Positions 6,059 through 15,381 of a DNA stretch of 46,339 nucleotides are shown here, one piece after another. The notes beneath the pieces are model-generated. The model searched no databases. It was not told the origin of the DNA and saw only the letters and a list, made by a program, of their open reading frames with translations. Source of the stretch: an uncultured Gammaproteobacteria bacterium. GTDB taxonomy: Bacteria > Patescibacteriota > Patescibacteriia > UBA1558 > GWA2-36-10. Numbering within the stretch: position 1 is the first letter of the stretch; every line of letters starts with the position of its first letter. The translations under genes and the position numbers were made by a program. The stretch covers positions 2,234 to 48,572 of the forward strand of contig CAYUER010000004.1 in assembly GCA_964443785.1 (NCBI GenBank), in the 5' to 3' direction.

Positions 6059-7426
6059 ATGGATGCTAGTATTTTTCGCTCTTATGATGTGCGCGGTATT
6101 TATCCTCAGCAAATAGATATAGAGCAGGCCAAGCAGATAGCCTTAGCCTATTTGAGCGTAGTCAGTCGTAAACTTCATCGGCCAGTACATAGTTTGAAGA
6201 TAGTGGTAGCGCGTGATGTGCGCGAAGCTTCTGAGCCATTGATGATGGCAGCCTTGGAGATATTTTTGCAATATGGAGTAGAGGTTTATGATTTGGGTTT
6301 GGTTTCTATCAATGATTTTTATTTTGCCCTGGGTCACTACAAGTACAATGCTGGATTCATGGCTACAGCTTCGCACAATCCTGCTCAGTATGGCGGATTT
6401 AAGATGGCTATCAATAGTACGGAGTATACTGATAGTATAAAATTTTTGAGTGGTCAACAAATATACAAGGAAATGGATCGTCTGGCTGATTTTCATCCCG
6501 AGCAGAAAAAAGGCAAATTAAAAAATCAGGATATCAGCAAAGATCATATCAAACATATTTTATCTTTTGTTGATGTCAAAAAAATAAAAAAATTAAAAGT
6601 TTTAGCTGATACTGGCAATGGCATGGTTGGTTTGATTTTGCCAAAATTATTTGACAAGTTACCAGTGGAGTTGATTAGTATTTTTTCTGAGCTTGATCCC
6701 AAGTTTGCCAATCGTCCACCAAATCCTCTAGCCAAAGATGCTCATCTAGCAGCTAGCAAAGAATTATTGAAACATAAGGCTGACCTAGGTGTGATGTTTG
6801 ATGTCGATGGTGATCGCATGTTTTTGATCGATGAAAAAGGGCAATTTATCAAAGGTGATATGACTTTACTTTTGATTGCTAAAATGTTGCTCAAAAAAGA
6901 AGTCGGGGCTGGCATTGTCTATAATCTGATTTGTTCGCACGCTGTCCCTGAGCTGATCACCCAATGGGGTGGGCGAGCTATCCGTAGTGAAGTCGGCTAT
7001 ATCAATCTAGCGAGGCATATGCATCTAGAGCACGGCATCATGAGTGGAGAAGTGTCTGGTCATTTTGCTTTTAAAAATAATTTTTACGCCGACTCTGGCT
7101 TGATTGCCTTGGTCTTGGCACTGCAAGCAATTTCAGAAGATGGTCGACCACTTTCAGAGATTATCAGTGATTTCAATCTATATTGTCGGGCCGATGAGCT
7201 CAATGTAGAGGTGGAAAATATTGCAGCTAAACTAGAGAAATTACGCTATCACTATCGAGATAATATCAAAGACGAAATTGATGGCCTGACTGTCGAGCTG
7301 GCTGACTGGTGGTTCAATGTCCGCCCATCAAATACTGAGCCATTATTGAGAGTGACTGTCGAGGCCAAAGATAAGCAGTCAGCCGAGCAACATCAGCAGG
7401 AGATTTTACAAGTAATCAAGAGCTAA
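6059..7426 (+). CDS. phosphomannomutase/phosphoglucomutase (alpha-D-phosphohexomutase)
   Basis: Catalytic loop TASHNPAQYGGFK, metal loop FDVDGDR, sugar loop GEVSGH and phosphate loop RPSNTEP. ATG at 6059 (MDASIFRSYDVRG) is preferred over the TTG at 6014. Confidence 0.9.
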   Translation: MDASIFRSYDVRGIYPQQIDIEQAKQIALAYLSVVSRKLHRPVHSLKIVVARDVREASEPLMMAALEIFLQYGVEVYDLGLVSINDFYFALGHYKYNAGFMATASHNPAQYGGFKMAINSTEYTDSIKFLSGQQIYKEMDRLADFHPEQKKGKLKNQDISKDHIKHILSFVDVKKIKKLKVLADTGNGMVGLILPKLFDKLPVELISIFSELDPKFANRPPNPLAKDAHLAASKELLKHKADLGVMFDVDGDRMFLIDEKGQFIKGDMTLLLIAKMLLKKEVGAGIVYNLICSHAVPELITQWGGRAIRSEVGYINLARHMHLEHGIMSGEVSGHFAFKNNFYADSGLIALVLALQAISEDGRPLSEIISDFNLYCRADELNVEVENIAAKLEKLRYHYRDNIKDEIDGLTVELADWWFNVRPSNTEPLLRVTVEAKDKQSAEQHQQEILQVIKS

Positions 7427-7439
7427 TGATTGGAGTTTT
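7426..7439 (+). repeat. 14-nt direct repeat, copy 1 (ATGATTGGAGTTTT) overlapping the PMM stop
   Basis: Identical to 7526-7539, the first 14 nt of murI. The spacing is exactly 100 nt. Confidence 0.9.
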
Positions 7440-7525
7440 TTCCCGCGTAGCGGGACCCCGCTGCGCGGGGGATTCAGTAGGCTAATTGGTTATAAAAATT
7501 TTTAAATGAAAAGAATTATAAGGTT
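7440..7525. other. inserted spacer with two adjacent GC hairpins
   Basis: TCCCGC-GTA-GCGGGA (7441-7455) and CCCCGC-TGC-GCGGGG (7456-7470). An alternative single 11-bp stem (7444-7454 pairs 7457-7467) is possible. The rest is AT-rich. Confidence 0.6.
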
Positions 7526-7539
7526 ATGATTGGAGTTTT
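7526..7539 (+). repeat. 14-nt direct repeat, copy 2 (start of murI)
   Basis: ATGATTGGAGTTTT, identical to 7426-7439. Confidence 0.9.
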
Positions 7540-8365
7540 CGATTCAGGCTTTGGAGGTTTAACAATTTTTAAAGCTATTGAAAAAAAATTACCCCACTTT
7601 GACTATATTTATCTTGGTGACAATGCTCGCGCACCGTATGGCAATCATAGCCAAGAAGTGATTTATGAATATACTAAGCAAGCGGTCGATTATTTGTTTA
7701 GCCTGGGTTGTGATTTGATAATTTTGGCTTGTAATACAGCTTCGGCCGAGGCTTTGCGTAAATTGCAGCAGGAATATTTGCCCAAGCAATATCCGCATAA
7801 AAATATTTTGGGAGTTATCAGACCATTAGCCGAGGCCGCAGGTGTGGCTACAAAAAATAAAGTAATAGCAGTCATGGGTACTCGCAGTACCGTAGAGTCA
7901 AAATCATACATCAGAGAATTGCAGTTGCAGGACCTGCCTCGCCAGACGCGAGTCAAGGCGGGTAAAAAAATCAAAGTAGTACAACAAGCTTGTCCTTTGT
8001 TGGTTCCCTTGATAGAAGAAAATTGGGAAAAGACCCCCGAGACCAAAATGATTTTGAAAAAATATGTTCGCCCACTGAAAAGTCATTTTCCGGATACAGT
8101 TATCTTGGGTTGTACTCATTATGGTTGGCTACAAAAAGATATTCAAAGATATTTTGGCAAAAATATAAAAGTTTTGGATAGTGGTCAGATAGTAGCTGAT
8201 AAATTAGCAGAGTATTTATCGAAGCATACTGAGTATGCTAAAATAAAAAAAAGTAAAAACAAAACAATATTTTTGACGACAGATGATCATAAAAGATTTG
8301 AACATTCAGCGGAAAAATATTTAGGGAGAAAAATAAAAGCAAAAACAATTAATTTATCTAGCTAA
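7526..8365 (+). CDS. murI: glutamate racemase
   Basis: IGVFDSGFGGLT, LGDNARAPYG, ILACNTASA and LGCTHY motifs, including the two catalytic Cys contexts. Confidence 0.9.
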   Translation: MIGVFDSGFGGLTIFKAIEKKLPHFDYIYLGDNARAPYGNHSQEVIYEYTKQAVDYLFSLGCDLIILACNTASAEALRKLQQEYLPKQYPHKNILGVIRPLAEAAGVATKNKVIAVMGTRSTVESKSYIRELQLQDLPRQTRVKAGKKIKVVQQACPLLVPLIEENWEKTPETKMILKKYVRPLKSHFPDTVILGCTHYGWLQKDIQRYFGKNIKVLDSGQIVADKLAEYLSKHTEYAKIKKSKNKTIFLTTDDHKRFEHSAEKYLGRKIKAKTINLSS

Positions 8366-8375
8366 ATAAAAATAT

Positions 8376-9305
8376 ATGCAAAATAAAGTTACAATCATAG
8401 GAGCTGGTATGGTGGGCTCGACTTTGGCTTATAGTCTGGTGATCCAAGACATTGCCGAGGAAATAGCTATTATCGATATAGACCAAAAATTAGCTCAAGC
8501 CCAGGTCATGGACTTACAACACGCTGCCCCATTCACTAGACACACCAACATAAAAGTCGGTACTTACAAAGACTGTGCTGATAGTAGTGTGGTAGTAGTC
8601 ACCTGTGGCTCAGCTCAAAAGCCAGGAGAGACTCGTTTGGATTTGATAAACAAGAATACTAAAATAATCAGAGAGGTGGTGCCACAAATATTCAAAGCCA
8701 ATCCGCAGGCAGTGATTTTGATGATTACCAATCCAGTCGATGTTTTGACTTATATTGCTATTTCGATGTTTCCCAAAAAGAAAAATCAAATTATTGGCAG
8801 CGGCACTACTTTGGATTCTGCTCGCTTTAGACATTTGTTGAGTCAAAAGTTAAATATCAATACTCAGAGTATTCATGCCTATATCATGGGTGAACATGGT
8901 GATAGTGAGTTTCCAGTCTGGAGTACAGCGACAGTCGGCAACAATCACATAGACACTTATAAGACTTTGAGCGCAAAAGATAAGCTAGCTATTTTTGATA
9001 AGGCTAAAAATGCTGCTTATGCTATCATTGCTGGCAAGCAGTCAACTTATTATGGTATTGGATCGGCTGGCGCCTCTATCATCCAATCAATTTTGCATGA
9101 CAAGCGGACAGTTTTACCAGTTTCTCATTTGATCGAAAACATTTATGGCGTTAATAAAGTTTGTTTGAGTACGCCGGTCATTATTGGTCGTAAAGGCTTG
9201 GTAGGAGAGCTGCCACTACAATTGTCTAAAGAAGAAAAAGCTAGTTTTATAAAATCAGCACAAGTACTCAAAAAAGCGATTGCCTCTGTGACAAAAATTG
9301 GATAA
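8376..9305 (+). CDS. ldh: L-lactate dehydrogenase (LDH/MDH family)
   Basis: Rossmann motif IIGAGMVGS, ITNPVD, the substrate-binding Arg in GSGTTLDSARFR and the catalytic His in GEHGDSEFPVWS. Confidence 0.8.
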   Translation: MQNKVTIIGAGMVGSTLAYSLVIQDIAEEIAIIDIDQKLAQAQVMDLQHAAPFTRHTNIKVGTYKDCADSSVVVVTCGSAQKPGETRLDLINKNTKIIREVVPQIFKANPQAVILMITNPVDVLTYIAISMFPKKKNQIIGSGTTLDSARFRHLLSQKLNINTQSIHAYIMGEHGDSEFPVWSTATVGNNHIDTYKTLSAKDKLAIFDKAKNAAYAIIAGKQSTYYGIGSAGASIIQSILHDKRTVLPVSHLIENIYGVNKVCLSTPVIIGRKGLVGELPLQLSKEEKASFIKSAQVLKKAIASVTKIG

Positions 9306-9357
9306 AATTGTATAGTTTATTTGGTTGTTATAAGAATTAAAAATATATATACTATAT

Positions 9358-12300
9358 ATGTCTAATAAAATAATCCAAAGTAAAAAGCTCTGGTTTCTTA
9401 GTTTTTTAACTTTTCTGCTCCTCAGCATCAACTCTAGTCAAGCAGCTACTTCTCTAGGCTCTCGTCTTTCAGGCTACATCCTCCTCCAAGTAGAATCACT
9501 AGGAGAAGCTTGGTATATCATCCCCAAAGAACAGAAAAGAGTCTACCTCCAAAATGGTAGTGTAGCCTACCAAGCTATGCGTGAACTCTCCTTAGGTATT
9601 ACCAATAGCAATCTCGCTAAAATACCAGTAGGCATAGAACCAAGGTTTAATGATGTAGATACAGACTCTGATGGCCTCTCTGACAATCTAGAAAAAGGAT
9701 TAGATACTGATCCTAATAAAGCAGACACTGATAATGATGGCTTCTCTGATGGCAATGAAATAAAGAATAACTATAGCCCTTTAGGACCAAACAAACTAAG
9801 CTATGATAATACTTTAGTTAATAGACTAAAAGGATATATCCTTTTGCAAGTAGAAAAACAAGGACAAGCTTGGTATCTAAATCCTAAAGACGGTAAAAGA
9901 TACTACATGCAGGATGGAGAAGCAGCCTACAATATCATGAGATTCCTATCTTTAGGTATTACTAATAATAATCTTAAGTTAATACCAATTTCAGATAGAA
10001 AGTTTACTAGTACCAATAATGGTAATTCTTCTTCTGCTAATCAAGGAAACAACAACAATAATAATTCTACTTCTACACCGCCGACTACACCTCCGGGTAA
10101 TGGAAATGGCGGTGGAGGCGGTGGTGGCGGAGGTGGCTCCAATCCACCAAGCGCTGATACTCAAGTGCCCACAACACCGACTAATTTATTAAGCTCAATC
10201 TCAGGAACTCAAGTTTCTCTTTCTTGGACTGCATCTTCTGACAATGTTGGAGTGAGTGGCTATCAAATACTAAGATCAACTACTAATGGTTCTGGTTATG
10301 CTCAAATTGCTACATCCAATACCAACTCATATACCAACACAGGTTTAAGTATTGGTACTACATATTACTATGTAGTCAAAGCTTATGATGCAGCTGGTAA
10401 TATTTCTGCCAATTCTAGTCAGGCTCAAGCTACGCCAGCTGATACTGTGGCACCAACAGTACCTAGTAATTTAGTTGCTTCTGCTTCTGGATCTCAAATT
10501 TCTCTTTCTTGGACAGCGGCCACCGATAATGTAGGTGTGGTACAATACTTGATTGAGAGATCTGCTACCTCCGCTATTTCTGGTTTTACAGAAATAGCCA
10601 CTAGCACAACCTCAGTATATGTTAACACTCGCTTAGCAGTTAATTCTACTTTTTATTATCGTGTCAGAGCTCAAGACGCAGCTGGTAATATTTCAGTATA
10701 TTCATCAGTAGCCTCAGCCACCACTGATAATAGTATAGTTGTTCCAGATACTCAGGCGCCAACAGTCCCAAGTAGTCTTTCAGCTGCTGCCTCTGGCACA
10801 CAAGTTTCTCTTTCTTGGACTGCATCTTCTGACAATGTTGGAGTGAGTGGCTATCAAATACTAAGATCAACTACTAATGGTTCTGGTTATGCTCAAATTG
10901 CTACATCCAATACCAACTCATATACCAACACAGGTTTAAGTATTGGTACTACATATTACTATGTAGTCAAAGCTTATGATGCAGCTGGTAATATTTCTGC
11001 CAATTCTAGTCAGGCTCAAGCTACTGTACCAGTGCCAGTAGACACTCAAGCACCCACTGCTCCGACAACTTTGACGGCAGTAGCTGCCAGTAGAGAAGTG
11101 GCTTTATCTTGGGGTGCTGCTAGTGACAATACGGCGGTGACTGGTTATCAAATTTTACGATCAACCACCAATGGCAGTGGATATGGCTTGGTGTCTACCT
11201 CTAATACCACTGTATATGTAGATATAAATTTAACAAACGGTACTACATATTATTATGTGGTAAAAGCCTATGACGCAGCTAACAATATTTCTGCTAATTC
11301 TAATCAAGCGCAAGCTACGCCAGTCGATAGTGTGGCACCCAGTGTCCCAAGTAATTTGACAGCTACTGTTTCTGGCACACAAGTTTCTCTTTCTTGGGTA
11401 GCTTCTACTGATAATGTAGCAGTGTCACAATATTTGATAGAAAGATCAAGTAGCAATACTTCTAGTTTTACACAAATTGCTACCTCTAATACCACTTCTT
11501 ATACTAATATTGGTCTCACTAATAATAATATTTATTATTACCGCGTCCGAGCGCAAGATAGTAGTAGTAATTATTCTGGATATTCTAATACGGCTAGTGC
11601 TACCGTAGGAACTGTTGTGACTAGCAACCCTAGTATCACTGCCGTGTCTGGAAGTATCAGCTATGGTCAGACGGCGACTATTACGGGAACTAATTTTGGA
11701 TCAAAATCCCAAGTGAGCCCACTGGTGTATGATACTATGGAGTCGGGTAGCTTTAGTCCAAATTGGGGTTCAACCAATCAATTAATAGTTGGTTCAAATT
11801 CTGCTAACAAACGTCATTCCAATTCTAATTATTATGGTACGCAAAATTTCCAAGGCAATTTACGCACCTACCCCAATGTGCCACCAGACGGCAGCGGTTA
11901 TGGTGCTAATGGTTATTTTACTGGTTCAAATAGCCAATTGAGCGATACTTGGTATGGACGTTATTGGTTCAAGCTTGATAATAACTTTGATTTTGGCACT
12001 ACTGGTGAGCCACAAGGCGATGGCAACTTGGCCAATATTAAAATATTCCGTTTGTGGAACCCAGGTAACGTAGATGAAAATTTTGTTGCTGCTACCCAAG
12101 GTTATAATGGTGGTAATATAATTTATACTACCGAACAAACTTTGGAGACAACACATTATATGCCTAGCAATACTTCTGCTTGGACAAAAAATGTTTGGCA
12201 TGTATTTGATTTTGAATTTAAAGAGGGTAGTCTAAATGCTAGTAATGGTATTTTCAGAATGTGGTTTGACGGTAAATTGATTGAAGAAAACAGAGCGGTC

Positions 12301-15243
12301 ATGACTAGGCAGGACTTTGATTTATTAAAGAGACCTCTAATTCTTGGTTTTTATAATTCTTGGTCAGATGGTAATACTGATCGTGATGATTTTTATATTG
12401 ATGATGCTTATATTGATGGTACTTGGGCTAGAGTTATGTTGTGCGATCAATCAACTTGGAATGATTCAGTCAACAGACATTGTGAAATACAATCACCGCA
12501 AAATACTTGGAGCAACACTTCAATCCAGATTGCCGTGAATACTGGCTCATTTACCGCTGGTCAGACAGCCTATATGTATGTAGTGGATAGTAATGGTAAT
12601 GTAAACGCAAGTGGCTATCCAGTTGTTATTTCTGGTATTGCTACTGTCGATACTCAGGCTCCTACTACGCCAAGTAGTCTAAACGCCTCAGTTTCAGGTA
12701 CAACTATTTCATTATCTTGGACCGCCTCAACAGACAATGTTGGAGTTTCCCAATATTTGATTGAAAGATCAACTTCAGCTTCTTCTGGTTTTTCTCAAAT
12801 AGCTACCTCTAATACTACTTCTTATAGTAATAGTGGTTTAGCTAATAGCACAACTTATTATTATCGCATCAGAGCTCAAGACGCAGCTGGTAATAATTCC
12901 GGTTATTCTAGTACGGCTAATGCTACTACGGGAGTAGCTCCAGCAAGTAGCGGTAATTTGATTCAAAATAGTTGGGATTTTTCTAGTTCATCTTGGGATG
13001 CTGACGCTATTGGCACAAATCCTTGGTCACCCATTACTAACTTTACTTTTACCAGTGGTCAGAGTGATCCATTTGGTACGAACAAAGCTTTTAGGATCGC
13101 TATTCCAGGTGCTCGTGGTTGGCAACAGCGCGACTCTATGCCAGATTTGAATTTAAACTATGATGCGGTGACCGCTTCTGTTTATGTCAAATATGGTAGT
13201 GCTGCTAATTTTATCTTTGGCATCACTCAGACGGATGTCTCTTATACAGTAGGAGAGTTTGAACAGACATTTAATTTTGATGCCAATGGTGTGCCGACTT
13301 GGTCTAGTAGCAATACTCATCCGCAAGATGGGCATACTGTCACTAATGTTGGCAATGGTTGGTATAGACTCTCAGTCACCTACAATTTAGCTAGCAGAGG
13401 TATCAAAAATCATCCTTTCTCAGCTAGGGTGACTCCGGCTGGTCAATATTCTGGTGGCGCTTATGCTTATATTACTGGTTTTCAATTAGAATCAGGTACT
13501 GTAGCTACTGCCTATGTTGAGAAGCCAAGTGGCTCTGGTGATACTCAAGCGCCAAGTGCACCGGCTAATCTTTCAGTCTCAGTTTCTGGCACACAGGCAA
13601 CTTTATCTTGGAGTGCTGCTAGTGATAATACAGCAGTGACTGGCTACCAAATATTAAGATCTACTACTAATGGTGGTGCTTATACGCAAGTAAATACTGC
13701 AAACACCACGTCATATACTCATACTGGTTTGACGGCTGGTACTTATTACTATGTAGTGAAAGCTTATGATGCAGCTGGAAACTATTCAGCTAACTCTAAT
13801 CAAGTGATAGTGACTATTGCCAGTCAAGCTGATACACAAGCACCCACGGCGCCTAGTAATTTGACCGCCACTGCTTCTGGTAATCAAATATCTTTGAACT
13901 GGACTGCTTCAACCGACAACGTTGGTGTCTCTCAATATCTGATTGAGAGTTCTATTGGCGGTGGTAGTTATTCTCAAGTTGCTACCTCTAATTATACCTC
14001 TTATACCATGATGAGTTTAGCTGACAATACCGCCTATTCTTGTCGAGTCAGAGCTCAAGATGCAGCCGGTAATATGTCTCTCTATTCTAGTGTAGCTAAT
14101 GCTACGACTGGCACTGGATCAAGCTCCGGTAGTGTCAGTATTTCTGGAGTCAATGATAATACTATTTCTAATAATCAATCTATTACTATTTCTGGCAGTG
14201 GTTTTGGTACAAAAATTGCAGTTGGTGGCATAGTTGGTCCCCCAGTACTTTGGGATAATTTTGAAGATGGTACCAACGGACAATTAGTGCAAGCTACGGC
14301 CGCTAAATGGGATAGAGTGCGTAGTGATAATTTGAGTGGTCCTAGATATTATTCTGGCGCTATAGATGGCTCTATGGGCGTGAGAACTGGATCGGGCATA
14401 TACAATGGTGTGACAGCCGGCACAACTAGAACATTAATAGAAGATGATGAATTCCGCAGCTTGTATTTAGATTATTATATTAAGGCTTATAAAGGTGCCG
14501 GTTTATTACAAAGATCAAATAAACAAGTGATGATTTGGAGCGCCAATGTCGGCGTGAGTGAAGATGGCCCCAATACAGCATTTTGGCAAATAACGCAAGG
14601 TAGTGGAGAACCACCATTTGCGTTTTCTGAATATTCTTGCGCCAATGATCCTTTTTCTATAGTTTATGGCAACGGTTGGGGAATAGATGAATTTACGACC
14701 GCTCGTCATGTTCAAATCGAATATCGCCGGCCTTCAGTTGCTGGTGTTAATAATGGGTATTTACGCATGTGGTATGATGGTGTCTTAGTATCCGAGGATT
14801 CTTCTTTTGGCAGCTATTCTTGTAACCCAGATACAAATTATTTAGATAATTTATACATAGGCCATTATCAAGACATAGATTCAGCTATCGAACCAATTTA
14901 TAAGTGGATTAGTTGTCCCGGTGATTCTCGTTGTGATCAGTGTCCAGCTGGCGCTAGTGGTTGCTCTGTTAATAATGAAAATTGGCTACCTGCTCGTCAA
15001 GATGAATTTTTTTACGACAATATTTATATTGACAAATCCATTGCTAGAGTAGAAATTGGCAATGCCTCCACCTATGGCGCTTCTACTAGACGAGAAATAC
15101 AAGTACCAATGTCGTGGAATAACGGATCTATCCAATTTACTGTTAATAAAGGAGGACTGAGCAGTGGCCAGACTGCCTATATATATGTTTTAGATAGCAA
15201 TGGCAATGTTAATGCCAATGGTTATCCTGTAACTATAAATTAA
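9358..15243 (+). CDS. giant secreted surface protein (1961 aa)
   Basis: Approximate domain order:
- Signal peptide.
- An unassigned ~60-aa repeat (RL.GYILLQVE..G.AWY..P....R.Y...G..AY..MR.LSLGITN.NL..IP) at ~9460-9640 and ~9820-10000.
- The two repeat copies flank TSP3-like Ca-binding DxDxDG repeats (~9650-9790).
- An N/G-rich linker.
- Six FN3 repeats (~10150-11610).
- An IPT-like domain plus jelly-roll module (~11620-12640).
- One FN3 repeat.
- A CBM-like domain (~12945-13530).
- Two FN3 repeats.
- A second IPT-like plus jelly-roll module (~14115-15240). Confidence 0.85.
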   Translation: MSNKIIQSKKLWFLSFLTFLLLSINSSQAATSLGSRLSGYILLQVESLGEAWYIIPKEQKRVYLQNGSVAYQAMRELSLGITNSNLAKIPVGIEPRFNDVDTDSDGLSDNLEKGLDTDPNKADTDNDGFSDGNEIKNNYSPLGPNKLSYDNTLVNRLKGYILLQVEKQGQAWYLNPKDGKRYYMQDGEAAYNIMRFLSLGITNNNLKLIPISDRKFTSTNNGNSSSANQGNNNNNNSTSTPPTTPPGNGNGGGGGGGGGGSNPPSADTQVPTTPTNLLSSISGTQVSLSWTASSDNVGVSGYQILRSTTNGSGYAQIATSNTNSYTNTGLSIGTTYYYVVKAYDAAGNISANSSQAQATPADTVAPTVPSNLVASASGSQISLSWTAATDNVGVVQYLIERSATSAISGFTEIATSTTSVYVNTRLAVNSTFYYRVRAQDAAGNISVYSSVASATTDNSIVVPDTQAPTVPSSLSAAASGTQVSLSWTASSDNVGVSGYQILRSTTNGSGYAQIATSNTNSYTNTGLSIGTTYYYVVKAYDAAGNISANSSQAQATVPVPVDTQAPTAPTTLTAVAASREVALSWGAASDNTAVTGYQILRSTTNGSGYGLVSTSNTTVYVDINLTNGTTYYYVVKAYDAANNISANSNQAQATPVDSVAPSVPSNLTATVSGTQVSLSWVASTDNVAVSQYLIERSSSNTSSFTQIATSNTTSYTNIGLTNNNIYYYRVRAQDSSSNYSGYSNTASATVGTVVTSNPSITAVSGSISYGQTATITGTNFGSKSQVSPLVYDTMESGSFSPNWGSTNQLIVGSNSANKRHSNSNYYGTQNFQGNLRTYPNVPPDGSGYGANGYFTGSNSQLSDTWYGRYWFKLDNNFDFGTTGEPQGDGNLANIKIFRLWNPGNVDENFVAATQGYNGGNIIYTTEQTLETTHYMPSNTSAWTKNVWHVFDFEFKEGSLNASNGIFRMWFDGKLIEENRAVMTRQDFDLLKRPLILGFYNSWSDGNTDRDDFYIDDAYIDGTWARVMLCDQSTWNDSVNRHCEIQSPQNTWSNTSIQIAVNTGSFTAGQTAYMYVVDSNGNVNASGYPVVISGIATVDTQAPTTPSSLNASVSGTTISLSWTASTDNVGVSQYLIERSTSASSGFSQIATSNTTSYSNSGLANSTTYYYRIRAQDAAGNNSGYSSTANATTGVAPASSGNLIQNSWDFSSSSWDADAIGTNPWSPITNFTFTSGQSDPFGTNKAFRIAIPGARGWQQRDSMPDLNLNYDAVTASVYVKYGSAANFIFGITQTDVSYTVGEFEQTFNFDANGVPTWSSSNTHPQDGHTVTNVGNGWYRLSVTYNLASRGIKNHPFSARVTPAGQYSGGAYAYITGFQLESGTVATAYVEKPSGSGDTQAPSAPANLSVSVSGTQATLSWSAASDNTAVTGYQILRSTTNGGAYTQVNTANTTSYTHTGLTAGTYYYVVKAYDAAGNYSANSNQVIVTIASQADTQAPTAPSNLTATASGNQISLNWTASTDNVGVSQYLIESSIGGGSYSQVATSNYTSYTMMSLADNTAYSCRVRAQDAAGNMSLYSSVANATTGTGSSSGSVSISGVNDNTISNNQSITISGSGFGTKIAVGGIVGPPVLWDNFEDGTNGQLVQATAAKWDRVRSDNLSGPRYYSGAIDGSMGVRTGSGIYNGVTAGTTRTLIEDDEFRSLYLDYYIKAYKGAGLLQRSNKQVMIWSANVGVSEDGPNTAFWQITQGSGEPPFAFSEYSCANDPFSIVYGNGWGIDEFTTARHVQIEYRRPSVAGVNNGYLRMWYDGVLVSEDSSFGSYSCNPDTNYLDNLYIGHYQDIDSAIEPIYKWISCPGDSRCDQCPAGASGCSVNNENWLPARQDEFFYDNIYIDKSIARVEIGNASTYGASTRREIQVPMSWNNGSIQFTVNKGGLSSGQTAYIYVLDSNGNVNANGYPVTIN
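10210..10433 (+). repeat. perfect 224-bp direct repeat, copy 1 (FN3 unit)
   Basis: Base-for-base identical to 10801-11024 by manual comparison. The offset of 591 nt (197 codons) is in frame. Confidence 0.9.
10801..11024 (+). repeat. perfect 224-bp direct repeat, copy 2 (FN3 unit)
   Basis: Identical to 10210-10433. Confidence 0.9.
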
Positions 15244-15264
15244 CTATTTTGCAATTTAACAAAA

Positions 15265-15289
15265 AACATCCTAATTTAGGGTGTTTTTT
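15265..15289 (+). terminator. probable intrinsic terminator after the 1961-aa gene
   Basis: AACATCCT/AGGGTGTT stem of 8 bp (one G-U) with a 5-nt loop, followed by a run of six T. Confidence 0.5.
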
Positions 15290-15291
15290 GA

Positions 15292-15320
15292 TTGACTTTT
15301 GGAAAAATTTGTGCTATAAT
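15292..15320 (+). promoter_or_regulatory. sigma70-type promoter upstream of the 1312-aa gene
   Basis: TTGACT (15292-15297), a 17-nt spacer, then TGcTATAAT (-10 box at 15315-15320). Confidence 0.6.
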
Positions 15321-15338
15321 AACATATGTAAGTTTATA

Positions 15339-15381
15339 TTGGCTACGGCCCCTTGTAGGGCTATGGCCAATTTTTTATTTT
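15339..15381 (+). promoter_or_regulatory. terminator-like hairpin + T-run inside the leader of the 1312-aa gene
   Basis: TTGGCTACGGCCC...GGGCTATGGCCAA hairpin (15339-15370) followed by TTTTTTATTTT. It lies between the predicted promoter and the ATG at 15390. Confidence 0.45.

Noticed and set aside
7426-7485. The 19-codon ORF MIGVFSRVAGPRCAGDSVG as a genuine protein-coding gene
   Set aside because: It is most simply a by-product of the duplicated murI start. It is reported only as a possible decoy or uORF within the insertion finding.
10020-10145. The Asn-rich and Gly10 linker as a phase-variable simple-sequence repeat
   Set aside because: The codons are mixed (aac/aat; ggc/ggt/gga), so there is no long homopolymer or perfect short tandem repeat. 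It looks like an ordinary low-complexity linker.
10210-11024. The 224-bp repeat pair as the template/variable repeats of a diversity-generating retroelement
   Set aside because: The two copies are identical, with no adenine-specific mismatches. Both lie inside FN3 units of the same ORF, and no reverse transcriptase or accessory gene is present in the window.
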